From Malacoraja senta (taxonomy: Eukaryota), in NCBI GenBank assembly GCA_038087875.1, contig CM075988.1:3286001-3350000 (forward strand): a stretch of 64,000 bases of DNA. Direction: 5' to 3'. The notes below the pieces were generated by a model. That model searched no databases. It saw nothing but the letters and a program-made list of their open reading frames with translations, and was not told the DNA's origin. The stretch's first letter is position 1; each line of letters begins with the position of its first letter. Position numbers and translations under genes: made by a program. Shown here in pieces: positions 50,333 to 63,500 of the stretch.

Positions 50333-51655
50333 CAACCAGTAACCCGCGCCTGCCTTTTCCCAATATCCTTTGATTCCGCTAGCCCCTAGGGCTCTATCTA
50401 ATGGGCCTGTCCCACTTAGGCAACTTTTTATGCCACTGCAGGAGACTATGCAGTCGCCACATGGACACCACATGTTCATGGGTGGTTGCCGGGGAGTCGC
50501 CTTCATGGTGGTGAGGAGTTCCCGCATTCTGGGAACTGATCGCGGCCTCATTATGGTCACCGCGAATTTTTCAACATGTTGAATAATTAGCGGCAACAAG
50601 AATGAAGCCGCCGTAGAGAGTTGCGAGAATTCCCAAGCCGTAGGTGGGTCGCCAGGAGGTCCTAGTGGGTTGCCAGGAGGTCGAAGGTTCTCGTAGGTTC
50701 TCGGAGGTTGTAGCAGGTGCTGACCGGTGAATTTCATTGGCTCATTGGGAAAGAAAACGTAAGCAGTAGATTTCAGAACCAAGGATAACCGACCGGTAAT
50801 GTTAATGTCCGCCGAGCTTCACAGCCGTGTATCTCTGGCTTCTTAAAAATTGTCTCCAATCCTTCTCCCCCATTCTCCCCCGTCTCATCCCCTCTTTTAA
50901 AGGACTTACAGTACACTGTGTTTTCACCATCTAAATTACTGCACCAACCTTCCTGTTCATCACGGTGTGTGTCTGTATCAACTTGGCTTTGCGCCGTGTG
51001 AATTTCACTCAGACAGCACTCCCCCTGCTTGCCCTGTCCCCCACCTGGCTGGTGGAGGAAGCGATGTGTGTGCGTGTTCCACTCTGACAGTTGCCATTCC
51101 AGTTGCCGCTTTTTCAGACGACTGCCGGCAACTTGACAGTCGCCGACAGTCGCCTGAAAAATCGCCTAAGTGGGACAGGCCCAGAACTCTCTTTAAAATT
51201 CATCCAGTGAATTGGCCTCTACTGCCTTCAGTGGCAGAGAATTCCACAAATTCACAACTCTCTGGGTGAAAAAGTATTTTCTCATCTCAGTTTTAAATGT
51301 CCTCCCCTCTATTCTTAGACCATGGCCCGGGTTCTGGACTCCCCCAACATTGGGAACATTTTTCCTGCATCCAGCTTGTCCAGTCCTTTTATAATTGTAT
51401 TCGTTTCTATTAGATCCCCCCTCATCCTTCTAAACTCCAGTGAATACAAGCCCAGTCTTTCCAATCATTCCTCATATGACAGTCCCGCCATCCCAGGGAT
51501 CAATCTCGTGAACCTACGCTGCACTGCCTCAATAGCAAGGATGTTCTTCCTCAGATTAGCAGACCAAAACTACACACAATACTTCAGATGTGGTGTCAGC
51601 AAGGCCCTGTACAACTCGTTACTCCTATACTCAACTCCTCTCATTATGAAGGCCA
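50333..51655 (-). mobile_element. CR1 3' fragment (tail continues at ~29055-29148 beyond the ERV)
   Basis: CR1 C-terminal sequence interrupted by a MITE and the ERV. Confidence 0.85.
50402..51183. mobile_element. Harbinger-type MITE
   Basis: 19-bp TIR tgggcctgtcccacttagg, shared with the Harbinger at 32334; TSD taa/gaa. Confidence 0.9.
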
Positions 51656-51687
51656 AAAGATGGAGAGGACGGGACGTGACGAAGATA

Positions 51688-52611
51688 TGACGGGTAAGCT
51701 GATGCAGTGTGAGGCTTGCAGGATGAGGGAGGTCAGGGACACTGCTGGTGCCTCTGGTTGCTACAACTGTGGAAAGTGTGTCCAGGTTCAGCTCCTGAAG
51801 GACCGTGTTGGGGAACAGGAGAAACAGCTGGATAACCTCAGGGCCATCTGGGAAAATTAGTTTTGTGGGCAGGACCTACAGTGAGGTTGTCACACCAAGG
51901 ATACAGGAAGAGCGAAGGTGAGTGACTGGGAGAAAGGGGAGTAACCTTTTAGTGCTGGAGACCACAGTGGCTGTGCCAAATGGAAACAGGTACACCCTTT
52001 CGGGAGCTGTCGGGGCAGACGACACTTCCAGTCCGAGCGGTGGACAGGTCGGTGGCTCCAATTCTAGTGATGAGACTCGACTGGCGAGACCAATGTCGGG
52101 CAGAGCTATAGAGGTGGGTGACTCCATTGTCCAGGGTGCGGACTGGAGATTCTGTGGAGGCAGGCGAGGCTCGAGGATGGTCTGTTGCCTCCCTGGTGCC
52201 AGAGTTCAAGATATCACAAACCAAATTCAGAACATCCTCAAGAGGGAAAGTGAACAGCCGGCAGTAGTTGTGCATGTAGGCACAAACGACGTCGGAAAGA
52301 AGAGGAAGGATGTTCTGCAACGCGAGTTTAGAGAGTTAGGAAAAAGACTGAAAAGCAGGATTTCTAGGCTGGTTATCTCTGGATTGCTTCCAGTACCTCG
52401 TGCTAGTGAGGGCAGGATCAGGGAGATAGGGGATCTGAATGTGTGGCTGGGGGGCTGGTGCAGGGAGCAAGGTTTTAGCTTTATAGACCACTGGGATCTC
52501 ATCTGGGGTAGGGGCGACCTGTACAAAAGGGACGGGTTACACCTTAACTGGAGGGGGACCAACGTTCTGGCAGGCAGGTTTGCTAGGGCTACACGGGTGG
52601 GTTTAAACTAA
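51688..52611 (+). pseudogene. CR1 ORF1 (Cys-rich zinc finger + SGNH/GDSL esterase domain)
   Basis: CEAC...CGKC followed by a coiled segment; GDS, PGA, HVGTND, DGLH SGNH blocks. An APE start (LY...RSIRNK, GITET) follows at ~52790. Confidence 0.88.
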
Positions 52612-53005
52612 ACAGTGGGGGGGAGGGAGTGACAAATTGGGAGTTTCAAGATGGAGTTAAAGGGGAAGTGAGTACAGGAAAAGTTACGAAAGACTCCCAA
52701 ATTAATGGGAAGGAAAGTTCGAGAAGGGATAAGAGAGTAAGGTCAGGGCCAATAGTGACTGGTGTGAGAGAGGAGGTGAATACCGAAGTCAACGTGCTGT
52801 ATATGACTGTGCGAAGTATAAGAAATAAAGAGGATGAGCTTGAGGCTTAGTTAGAAATTGGCATATATGATGTTTTGGGAATTACAGAGACACGGCTGCA
52901 AGAGGTTTTCACGCCAAGGGTCTGTAAGGGTATAAAAGAGTGGGGAGCACATTGGGGTGTGCCGAAATTCTGGGGTGTGTTCTATTTGCGCGAGGCTGTT
53001 GGGCT

Positions 53006-54232
53006 CCAGTAATGACAGTGGATCAACAATGGCAGGTACTTATGGGAATAATACAGAAGGTGCAGGATCAGTTCATTCCAAAGAGGAAGAGAGATTCCAA
53101 GAGGAGTAAGGGGTGATCGTGGGTGACAAGGGAAGTCAGGGACAGTATAAAAATAAAAGAGACGTACAACATAGCAAAGATGAGCGGGAAGCCAGAGGCT
53201 TGGGAAACTTTTAGAGCAACAGAAGATAACTAAAAGGGCAATACGGGGAGAAAAGAAGAGGTACGAAGGTAAGCTAGACAAGAATATATGGGAGGATAGT
53301 AAAAGCTTCTTTAGGTACATGAGGAGGAAAAAATTAATTAAGACCAAAGTTGGACCCTTGAAGACTGAAACAGGTGAATTTATTATGAGGAACAATGAAA
53401 TGGCAGACGAGTTGAACAGGTATTTTGAATCCGTCATCACTAAGGACGACACAAACAATCTTCCTGGTGTACTAGTGGCCAGAGGATCTAGGGTGCCTAA
53501 GGGACTGAAGGAAATCCACATTAGGCAGAAAATGGTGTTGGATAGACTGATGGGACTTAAGGCTGATAAATCCCCAGGGCCTGATGGTCTGCATCCCAGA
53601 GTACTTAAGGAGGTGGCTCCAGAAATCGTGGACGCATTGGTGATCATTTTCCAATGTTCTATAGATTCAGGATCAGTTTCTGTGGATTGGGGGGTAGGGG
53701 GTAGAGGGTAGAGGAAGGACATTCTTGCTATTGAAGGAGTGAAGCGTAGGTTTACAAGGTTAATTCCCGGGATGGCGGGACTGTCATATGCTGAGAGAAT
53801 GGAGCAGCTGGGCTTGTACACTCTGGAGTTTAGAAGGATGAGAGGTGTTCTCATTGAAACATATCAGATTGTTAAGGGCTTGGACATGCTAGAGGCAGGA
53901 AACATGTTCCCGATGTTGGGGGAGTCCAGAACCAGGGGCCACAGTTTAAGAATAAGCAGTAATCCATTTAGAATGGAGACAAAGAAACACTTTTTCTCAC
54001 AGAGAGTGGTGAGTCTGTGGAATTCTCTGCCTCAGAGGGCGGTGGAGGCAGGTTCTCTGGATGCTTTCAAGAGAGAGCTAGATAGGGCTCTTAAAAATAG
54101 CGGAGTCAGGGGGTTTGGGGAGAAGGCAGGAACGGGGTACTGATTGGGGATGATCAGCCATGATCACATTGAATGGCGGTGCTGGTTCGAAGGGCCAAAT
54201 GGCCTGCTCCTGCACCTATTGTCTATTGTCTA
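53006..54232 (+). mobile_element. CR1 ORF2 fragments with 3' tail
   Basis: KSPGPDGLHPRVLKE; CR1 C-terminus; (tattgtc)n tail. Confidence 0.9.
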
Positions 54233-54281
54233 TAAAATGTTATCCCACTTTTTAAGAAAGGCGGGAGAGAGAAAACAGGGC

Positions 54282-56929
54282 ATTTTACTTGAGAGTCACG
54301 TGAGTGACTACGTGAAGAAGGGCCGTCAGTCCGCATGCGCGTCATTACGTCTGAAGCATGCGCCAACGACTGACTGGCAGGTGCGCTGCGTCCTTCCAGC
54401 GGTAAGTTTTAAAAACTGCAGGTAAGTGTTTTCTAAAACTACTCTGCGGTCGTATAGGCAGGTTCAGTGAGTCTTGTTTTTCAACAAGTTGGACCCAGCT
54501 ATGTCTAAGGTGAAGATACGGTCTGCGGGGAAGCCGGCTACCGAAGACCGCGGTAATGCGGGTAGCGGGCTGCTGTTCATTCGTGGGGCTGCAAAGTGTC
54601 TCCCTCGCTGGAGGGGGGAGTACACCGGGTCAGTTTTTTCCTGACTCCGAGTTTGGAGGCACAGTGGGTGAGCATTCCCAGGGGCACGGGTCTGAAGTGC
54701 CACTATTGGCATCCAGATTTGCCATATCCTCACCATTAGGAGCACCCCTGGATGAAGACCTGGCCAACAATATTAATTATTTGGCCTCTCACCAGCTCAA
54801 AGACCTGACTATGGAGGAGACCACCAACAGGTACCCCTCTTCTGCAAACTGTGCCTCCCTCAATGTGCCGGCCGTGAACCACTCCATCTGGGGTCACATT
54901 GGAGCGGGTGTCAGAGCCCAGGAAGTAAAGCTCCAGAAAGTCCTGAAATTACTGGCCTCTGTTATCACGGCCTTTGCTAGGTCTGTAGATGGGGAACTAC
55001 TGACCGACACTCAACAGGACGCAGTGGCATTACTGTGTAATGCTCACTTCGAAATAAATTGCCTGTGCAAGAACGCAATCCGGCCGGCACTAAACCTCAA
55101 GTTTGCTGTGCTGTGCAAGGCCAGCAACGTCCAGCCGGCCAATTATCTATTTGGGGAAGATCTGCCAAGGCAGGTCCGGGAGCTGGACGATGAGGCGAAG
55201 ACCATCCACCTCATGAGTAGAGCCCAAACCACACCAAATATGTGTCCTGGGAGCCAGACCCAGGGGCAGAGGCAGTAGATGCGTTTTCTCTACATCGGGG
55301 AGGAATTTTTCTGTATGCATTTCCCCCATTTTGCCTCATTGGCCGATGTTTGGCAAAAATCAAGCAAGACAACGCCACAGGCATTTTGGTAGTGCCTGAC
55401 TGGCCTACACAGTCTTGGTTTCCACAAGTCCTGGGAATGATTACACAGCCTTTCCCCATGAGCAATGAACTACTCGTTCACCCAGTAACGGGGAGCAACC
55501 ATCCACTTCATGACCGAATCAATTTATTGGTTTGCAGATTCTGAGGAGACCATAACTGGGGCTCGGACTGTCTAAACGAACTGTGGATGTGATGACAGCG
55601 GCCTGGAGGGACAGTGCACAAAAACAGTACGTCTCTCACATCAAGAAGTGGGAGATGTTCTGTTCTGTCTCAAATATCTCGTAAGATACAGCACGCATCA
55701 CGGATGTCCTGGAGTTCCTATCTGCCCTGTACTATGATCAAAAATTAAGCTACAGTGCCATCAATAGTGCCAGAAGCACACTATCTTCCTATTTAGTGCT
55801 GGGGTCAGGGCACCAGTCGGCAGGGACGCACCCTTTAATAACTAGGTCCATGAAGGGCATTTTTAATTCCATACCAGCCAGGCCCCAGTGCACGGACATT
55901 TGGGACATGAGCGTCGTGCTTACACTGCTTCGCCAGTGGGTGCCAGCTCCCTCTCTACCCTTATCTAAGCTCACCCTAAAAGTGGTCATGCTAATGGCGC
56001 TGGTAACTGCACAACGAGTCCAGACGTTGCACAAGCTGCACCTTGACTTCATGACCACCAATGTAAATTTAATAACCTTTTTCATTGAGGGCTTGATCAA
56101 ACAGAGCAGGCCAGGGGTGCCAGGGCTCGAGCTAGAGTTCCTGGCATACCCCGAGGATCCACGGTTGTGTGTCATATCACATATACACCATTACATAGAG
56201 TCACCAAGGGCCTCAGAGGCTCTGAGCAATCGGTCCTAATCAGTTACAAAAAGCCTCACCACAAGGTATCAGCACAAACCATTTCCAGATGGTTAAAGGA
56301 GGTACTGACGAGTGCAGGAGTGAACATTGACACTTTAAAATCTCACTCCACCAGGGCTGCATCTACGTCGGCAGCGAGAGCAATGGACGTTCCCCTCGAT
56401 AACATCCTAGCGGCTGCAGGATGGGCCAATGAACGGATGTTCCACCGGTTTTACAACAAACCTATTGCACGTACCATTTTAGATTCTGTTTTGTAGTTTC
56501 CCCCAGGATGGGAGGGGTTACTATTATTTTTATTTTCATATTAAAGCATCAGTATTATTACGCGCCTGGACTCGTATCCGGCGTGAAATCACAGAGCTTT
56601 AAAATCTTCACGTAATCACTCACGTGACTCCGAAGTAAAATAGTAAGATTAAACGAGAACTTACCAGTTTGAAGTTTGATTTTGATTTTACGAGGATTTA
56701 CGTGCCCACCGCTCCCTCCCTCATATTATCAAGGTCATCTGGTAGTTCCAGTTCTTCAAAATCTTACTATCCTCAGGTCAACTTCTCTTATCTGTGATTT
56801 CACACCGCTGCTTTGAAGATTGACGCGCATGCAGACTGACGGCCCTTTTTCACGTAATCGCTCATCGTAACTTCTCATAAAATCAAGATCAAACTTCAAA
56901 CTGGTAAGTTCTCGTTTAATCTTACTATT
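54282..56929 (+). mobile_element. DIRS-D: internally deleted DIRS (gag joined to MT end, then YR; no RT/RNase H), inserted in CR1 RT
   Basis: Termini and ICR present. Gag ORF 54556-55278 switches to YVSWEPDPG at ~55232. Frameshifted YR 55590-56496 (HSTR, AGW, FY). Flanks rejoin as PLFKKGGREKTG-HY-RPVS. Confidence 0.93.
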
Positions 56930-58303
56930 ATAGACCAGTTAGCGTGACATCGGTGGTGGGGAAGATGCTGGAGTCAATTATAAAAGATGAAATAGCAACA
57001 CATTTGGAAAGCAGTAACAGGATTGATCTGAGTCGGCATGGATTTACGAAGGGGAAATCATGCTTGACTAATCTTCTGGAATTTTTTGAGGATGTAACTA
57101 GGAAAATGGACAAGGGAAAGCCAATGGATGTAGTGTACCTGAACTTTCAGAAAGCATTTGATAAGGTCCCACATAGGAGATTAGTGGGCACAATTAGAGC
57201 ACATGGTATTGGGGGTAGAGTGCTGACATGGATAGAAAATTGGTTGGCAGACAGAAAACAAAGAGTAGGGATAAATGGGTCCCTTTCAGAATGGCAGGCA
57301 GTGACTAGTGAGGTACCTCAAGGCTTGCTGCTAGGACCACTGCTATTTACAATACACATTAAGGATTTAGATGACGGGATTAAAAGTAACATTAGCAAAT
57401 TTGCAGATGACACAAAGCTGGGTGGCAGTGTGAACTGTGAGGAGGATTCTATGAGTTGCAGGGTGACTTGGACAGGTTGGATGAGTGGGCAGATGCATGG
57501 CTTATGCAGTTTAATGTGGATAAATGTGAAGTTATCCTCTTTGGTGGCAAAAACTGGAAGGCAGATTATTATCTGAATGGTGTCAAGTTTGGAAAAGAGT
57601 AAGTACAATGAGATCTGGGGTCCTTGTTCATCAGTCACTGAAAGTAAACATGCAGGTACAGCAGGCAGTGAAGAAAGTGAATGGCATGTTGGCCTTCATA
57701 ACAAGAGGAATTCTGCAGTTGTACAGGGCCCTAGTGAGACAACACCTGGAGTATTGTGTGCAGTTTTGGTCTCCAAATTTGAGAAAGGACATTCTTGCTA
57801 TTGAGGTAGTGCAGCATAGGTTCACGAGGTTAATTCCCGGGATGGCGGGACTGTCATATGTTGATAGAATGGAGCGGCTGGGCTTGTATACTCTGGAATT
57901 TAGAAGGATGAGAGGCTATCTTATTGAAAGATATAAGATTATTAAGGGTTTGGACACGCTAGAGGCAGGAAACATGTTCCCGATGTTGGGGGAGTCCAGA
58001 ACCAGGGGCCACAGTTTAAGAATAAGGGGTAAGCCATTTAGAACAGTGATGAGGAAAAACTTTTTCACACAGAGGGTTGTGAATCTGTGGAATTCTCTTC
58101 CTCAAAAGGCAGTGGAGGCCAATTCTCTGGATACTTCCAAGAGAGAGTTAGATAGAGCTCTTAAAGATAGTGGAGTCACGGGATATGGTGAGTAGGCAGG
58201 AACGGGATACTGATTGTGGATGATCAGCCATGATCACAGTGAATGGCGGTGCTGGCTCGAAGGGCTGAATGATCTACTCCTGCACCAATTGTCTATTGTC
58301 TAT
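56930..58303 (+). mobile_element. CR1 RT to 3' end (begins ~54235, left of DIRS-D)
   Basis: HGF..GKSCLTNL, FQKAFD, PQG..LGP.LF, KFADD, C-terminus and tail. Confidence 0.93.
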
Positions 58304-58883
58304 TAACATGCCATTAGCTTTATTCATTGCCTGCTCTACCTGCATGTTTACTTTCTGTGACTTTCAGTTACTCCAGCATTTTGTGTCTTTCCTTGGTAAA
58401 CCATCATCTGCAGTACCTTCTTTCTACAACTTAATTCAAAAATTAAGAGTGTTTACAGAACAATTAATCTTTTACTTACAGCAGCTTAACAGGCCTGTAA
58501 ATGCAATGCACATTGATAATATATAATAAATAAGAATTCAATAAATTAATTCAAAATTGATGGTATTACTCCGGAAGTATCAATGTGCATTGCATTTATA
58601 GGCCTTGTCTTTTTTTTCTTTTTTTTTCTTTTTGTCCCGTTTCAGTTTGTTTTGGTTTGTTGGGTTGTGTGGGGGGGGGGGGGGGGGAGGCATGTTTTTG
58701 GTACCCAGCTAACTCTGCCTGTCCCGCCAGGTGAGCTTACAACCCTGCCTGGACTTGCGGGAAATATGGCCAGCACGGAGAAGCAGCGCTGGTGTCCCGT
58801 CAGTCCAGGCAGGGCTGTAGATAACCCAGTGAGACAGGCAGTTGAGCTGCATTTAGCGCTGGAATGAGCCTCCGAAGCCATGC

Positions 58884-59093
58884 GTGTGTGTGTGTGAGTG
58901 TGTGAGTGTGTGAGTGTGTGAGTGTGTGAGTGTGTGTGTGTGTGTGTGAGTGTGTGAGTGTGTGAGTGTGTGAGTGTGTGAGTGTGTGAGTGTGTGAGTG
59001 TGTGAGTGTGTGAGTGTGTGAGTGTGTGAGTGTGTGAGTGTGTGAGTGTGTGAGTGTGTGAGTGTGTGAGTGTGTGAGTGTGAGTGTGTGAGT
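58884..59093. repeat. (GTGTGAGT)n / (GT)n microsatellite
   Basis: Direct reading. Confidence 0.97.
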
Positions 59094-59275
59094 GGCCACC
59101 AAAAAATTGTGTTCCATCCCCTCCATGTTTTGATAGCGAGTTCCGCTCTTGATGACTGCAAGGTTAAACCATTTTGTTGTACTGTAAATGCGCAATGACA
59201 ATAAAGTTTAATCTAATCTAATCAAATTAAAACAGGAACAATCAGCTAAAATTCCATTGCGATCAGCTCCTTGCT

Positions 59276-60130
59276 TTCATTCAAGGTTCAAGGTATTTTT
59301 ATTAGTCACATTCACATACACCCAGGTGTAGTGAAGTGAAATGCTTTTTGCCATTATGCAGCACACAAAAAAGAGAATACAGACACAACACCAAGATAGT
59401 CTTAACACTGAACATCCCCCCACAATGGCTCCCACCATGAGGGAAGGCACAAAGTCCAGTCCCCAACCCCAGTTCACCCATAGTCGGGCCCATTGAGGCC
59501 TCCACAGTTGCCTCTACGGAGGCCAGATGTTCCAGGCCGTTCTCGCCGGGTGATGTTGCTCCGGCGTCGGGAGAGTCCTCCCAGCGGCCTGGGAACCCTG
59601 GAACGTCCACTTCCGCACTGGGGGCCGCGGCTTCCGAAGCCAACAAGGCCGCGCCGGTTGGAGCTCCACAACTGGCAATCTCATCTAGAGATCCCAGGCT
59701 CCCGGTGTAAAGTTCAGTGCCGCCGCCCGCAGTTGGTCGCTCCACAGTCCCGCAGCTCCGCGATGTTTTCTCCAGCGATCCTCAGCTCACCGGAGCTCCA
59801 GCGCGGCGACCCGGGCAAGGCATCGCCCGCTCCAAGATAGCGCTCCAGCGCTGCGCCGAAGCCGAGGTTCTGGGCGGTCCCCGACAGGAAACGCCGCTCC
59901 AGGCCCGCTGGTAGGCCGCGAGGACGGGTCGAAGCTGCAGCCCGGAGAAAAGCTGCCTCTCCGGTCAGGTAGGGACCCTGAAAGGTAGTTTCCCCCTTCC
60001 CCACCCCACCCCCCACATAAAGAAGTCTAGACCTCCAAACAAAACACTTAACTAACTAAAATAAAAAATAAAAGATGAAAGGACAGACAGCTGCTGGCTG
60101 GGCAGCTGCACACAGGACAGCGCCCCCTAT
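59276..60130 (-). repeat. Unclassified GC-rich interspersed repeat with LINE-like 3' tail
   Basis: Minus strand ends ...gtgtatgtgaatgtgactaataaa plus short repeats; resembles 1-780 and 27470-27780. Confidence 0.35.
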
Positions 60131-60585
60131 TCACCATGGAAAATGGTTTAAGTTTACTATTGTCACGTGTGTGACGACGTGTGCTGTCTGTACGGAGTTT
60201 GTACGTTTTCCCCCTGACCTCGTGGGTTTTCTCCAAGATCTTCAGTTTCCTCCCACATATCAAAGACGTACAGGTTTGTGGGTTAATTGGCTTGGTGTAA
60301 ATATAAATTGTCCTCTGTGTGTGTACGATAGTGTTAGTGTGCGAGGATCACTGGTCGGTGTGGACTTTGTTTCTGTGCAGTATCTCTAAACTAAACGAAA
60401 CTAAACATTTTGATTTGCATTATATCTAATCAGATCAAATACACCACAATCAAGTCTGACTAGTACATTAGATCGAGCATAGTACAAGATACAGAGTGTA
60501 GAATATAACTCACAGCATTGTCATGTACCAGCACCATCGAAGTCCAATGTCCACAATAGCATAGAGATTGTGGATGATCAGCCAT

Positions 60586-63500
60586 TGTAAAGAAGCTGAG
60601 TCTGACTCACTTGTAGCTTTACTTAACGTTTAATAATAAGACAGGTTAAACACTTTCCAGCACTGACTGCACCCAGTCTATCATCATGCTGGAACCAAGG
60701 GTGGAGCACATGGGAGATAGAGTTCTTATACTTGATAACTAAGGCGTGGTTAGTGGTACTGAGGTAGCTATATTATTGGTTGCATGCATAAACCATCTAC
60801 ATCCTTCCCCTCAGAATCAAATGCACATGGAGGCAATCAGGATAGTGTTATTACAATAAACGTGCGAATTTAGACAAAGTCGCCGTATCGGACAGGCGGC
60901 TTAACAATGCGACCCGAACGCGTACGTATAGCACCTCCCCCCCCCCCCCCATCAGAAAGAAGAGAAGCCGTAGCGGAGGCAGGCAGGAAAGTCAAGGGAG
61001 GGGGAGATGCAGCTAGAGCGGGAGAGATAGGAGGGGGAGGACGTGCAGGAGGTGAAAGCGACCGGCCAAGACCAGGAGGCAACGAAACAGGAGACCGCAC
61101 TAAGCGAGGGGAATGGGGCATGCATGGAGCAGCAGGGTGATCATCGGCAGCAGGTGGAAACGACAACGGAGGAGCATAGGGAGCCGCAGGAGGAGGCTTT
61201 GGCTCGTTGACGGCCAACAGGTGCTGACGGCTTCGTCGGTAGGTAGTCCCTTCGTAATCCACCAGGTAAGATCTTGGAGAGTCGTCCACGCCAGTCACCG
61301 TCACGAGGCGGGAATAGCCGGTGGTGGTCCGCATCCGAACGACCTGCCCGGGTAGCAGAGGCAGCAGAGGGCGGCAGGACCTGTCGTGGGAACGCCGTTG
61401 AACTTCATGTTTATGATCGATCCGTCTCTGGACGGTGGCAGGATCGAACACTTTGGGTATCAGGGACTGCTGGGCGATGGGCATAGGTGGTCTTGTCACT
61501 CTGGACATCAGACGTTGGGCAGGGGAACCCATAAGCGGGTCCCATGAAACGTTACGTAGGTTATGTAAGTCCAGGTAAAAATCGCTGTCTGACGGGCGGG
61601 ACTGCTCCATCAGGCGCTTAGCACTCCGCACGGCCCATTCGGCCAGGCCGTTACTCTGAGGGTACTCAGGGCTGCTGGTGTAGTGATGGAAGTTCCACCT
61701 TGCAGCGAAAGATTTGAACTCGGCACTTGTGAATTGCGGTCCATTGTCGGTCTGCAAGCGGACAGGGACGCCGTGGGCGGCGAAATGCTGATGCATCTTA
61801 GCGATGACCCTCCCGGAGGTGGTGGACGGAAGGAGGTCAATCTCAAACCAATTGAAGAAGGAGTCCACCAGGACGAGAAAGTACTTACCCCGCCATTCGA
61901 ATATGTCAGCAGCCAGCGATGTCCAAGGCATGGCTGGCGCCGGCTGCTGCAGAAGAGGTTGACGCTGCTGGTGTGGGGTAAGGTTGTTGCAGGAGGCACA
62001 GGAGGACACCCGGTTCCTGATGTAGTTGGCCATGCCAGGCCAGTAGAACTGTCCTTGGGCATGAGAAACAGTGGCCTCGACTCCAGGATGACCACTGTGG
62101 GCTGCGTTATAGTATAGATCGTATAGAGAGGCTGGGACCACAACTTTGTGGCCTTTGACGATAACCCCATCCTGGATCACCAGCTCGTCGCGGACCAGGA
62201 AGAAAGGTTGTGCGCCCGATGGCAAATTGGTACGTTTGATGGGCCACCCGCGCTTGATGACGGCAGCCTGCTGCTGCAGTGCGGGGTCCGCGGCGGTGTG
62301 CTCGATCAGGCTCTGTAGCTGCTTGGTTGGAACAAAGTTGACATTAAGTACGAGTAGGTTTTCCTGCTCGTAAGGGTGGCGGTCACAAGATGCCCCGTGG
62401 GGCGCGAGAAAGTGTGTCAGCAACATGCATCTCCGTTCCCTTCTTGTATGTGATTTCAAAATCAAAACGCTGGAGTTGCAGCATCATACGTTGTAATCTG
62501 GCAGGGGCAACATGTATGGGTTTGTTAAGAATGGTTAACAATTTGTTAAGAATCTACAGGCAAAGAGAAAGTCTTTGAATTTGGAACAAGCAAACACCAC
62601 AGCCAGGAGCTCCTTCTCGATCTGAGCATATCGTTGCTCCGTGTCGGTCATGGTCCGAGAGGCATACGAGACCGGTAGCAGGAAGCCATCGCTGTAAAGC
62701 TGCAGGCAAGCAGCACCCAGTCCAAAACGAGAGGCATCACAGGTGACAACAATGGGACGGCGTAGGTCGAAGAATTTGAGTGTTGGGGTGCTGATCAGCT
62801 TAGACTTCAGACATTCGAAAGCCTGCTGATGTTGTGGAAACCAGGACCAGGCGATGCCTTTCTTAGTTAGTTGTCTCAGGGATGAGCTCAGCTCACTGAG
62901 ATTCGGTACAAACTTCCCGAGGTAGTTGACCATGCCCAGGAATCGTTGTAGACCAAGCACGTCAGTTGGGGCTGGCATTCGGATATTGCAATAGTCTTTT
63001 GCGGGTCGGGTTTCAGTCCCTTGGAAGTGAAGATGTGCCCGACGTACGGCACCTCTGAGACACGGAACCGGCATTTATTCTTGTTCAGTTTTAAGTTGAT
63101 CTGCCGGGCACGGTCCAGGACTTTGCGGAGGTTCTTATCATGTTCGGTGGCATTCTCCCCATAAACTAGGATGTCGTCAACGATGATGGCGCAAGGCATG
63201 TCAGCGAACCGCTGTTCCATGGATCGCTGAAACACTTCACTGGCAGAGTTAATACCGAATGGCATCCGTAGAAACTTAAATCTGCCATAAGGAGTGGAAA
63301 AATTGTCAGGTTGGAGGAGCGCTTATCGAGTAGTATTTGCCAAAAAGAGCTTTTGCATCAAGGACAGAAAACAACCGTAGCCTGGCCGACCTGAGCTGCG
63401 ACGTCCTCTACGGTTCTCATGGGGTAGTGTGGCCGCCTGATCGCGAGGTTCAGGTCTTTGGGGTTGATACACACCCGTATCTCGTTTTTGTCCTTTTTCA

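Noticed and set aside
51922..52611. Host GDSL lipase gene
   Set aside because: It is the known esterase domain of CR1 ORF1, directly followed by the CR1 endonuclease.
58800..59201. His/Thr-rich protein ORFs
   Set aside because: Translation of a microsatellite.
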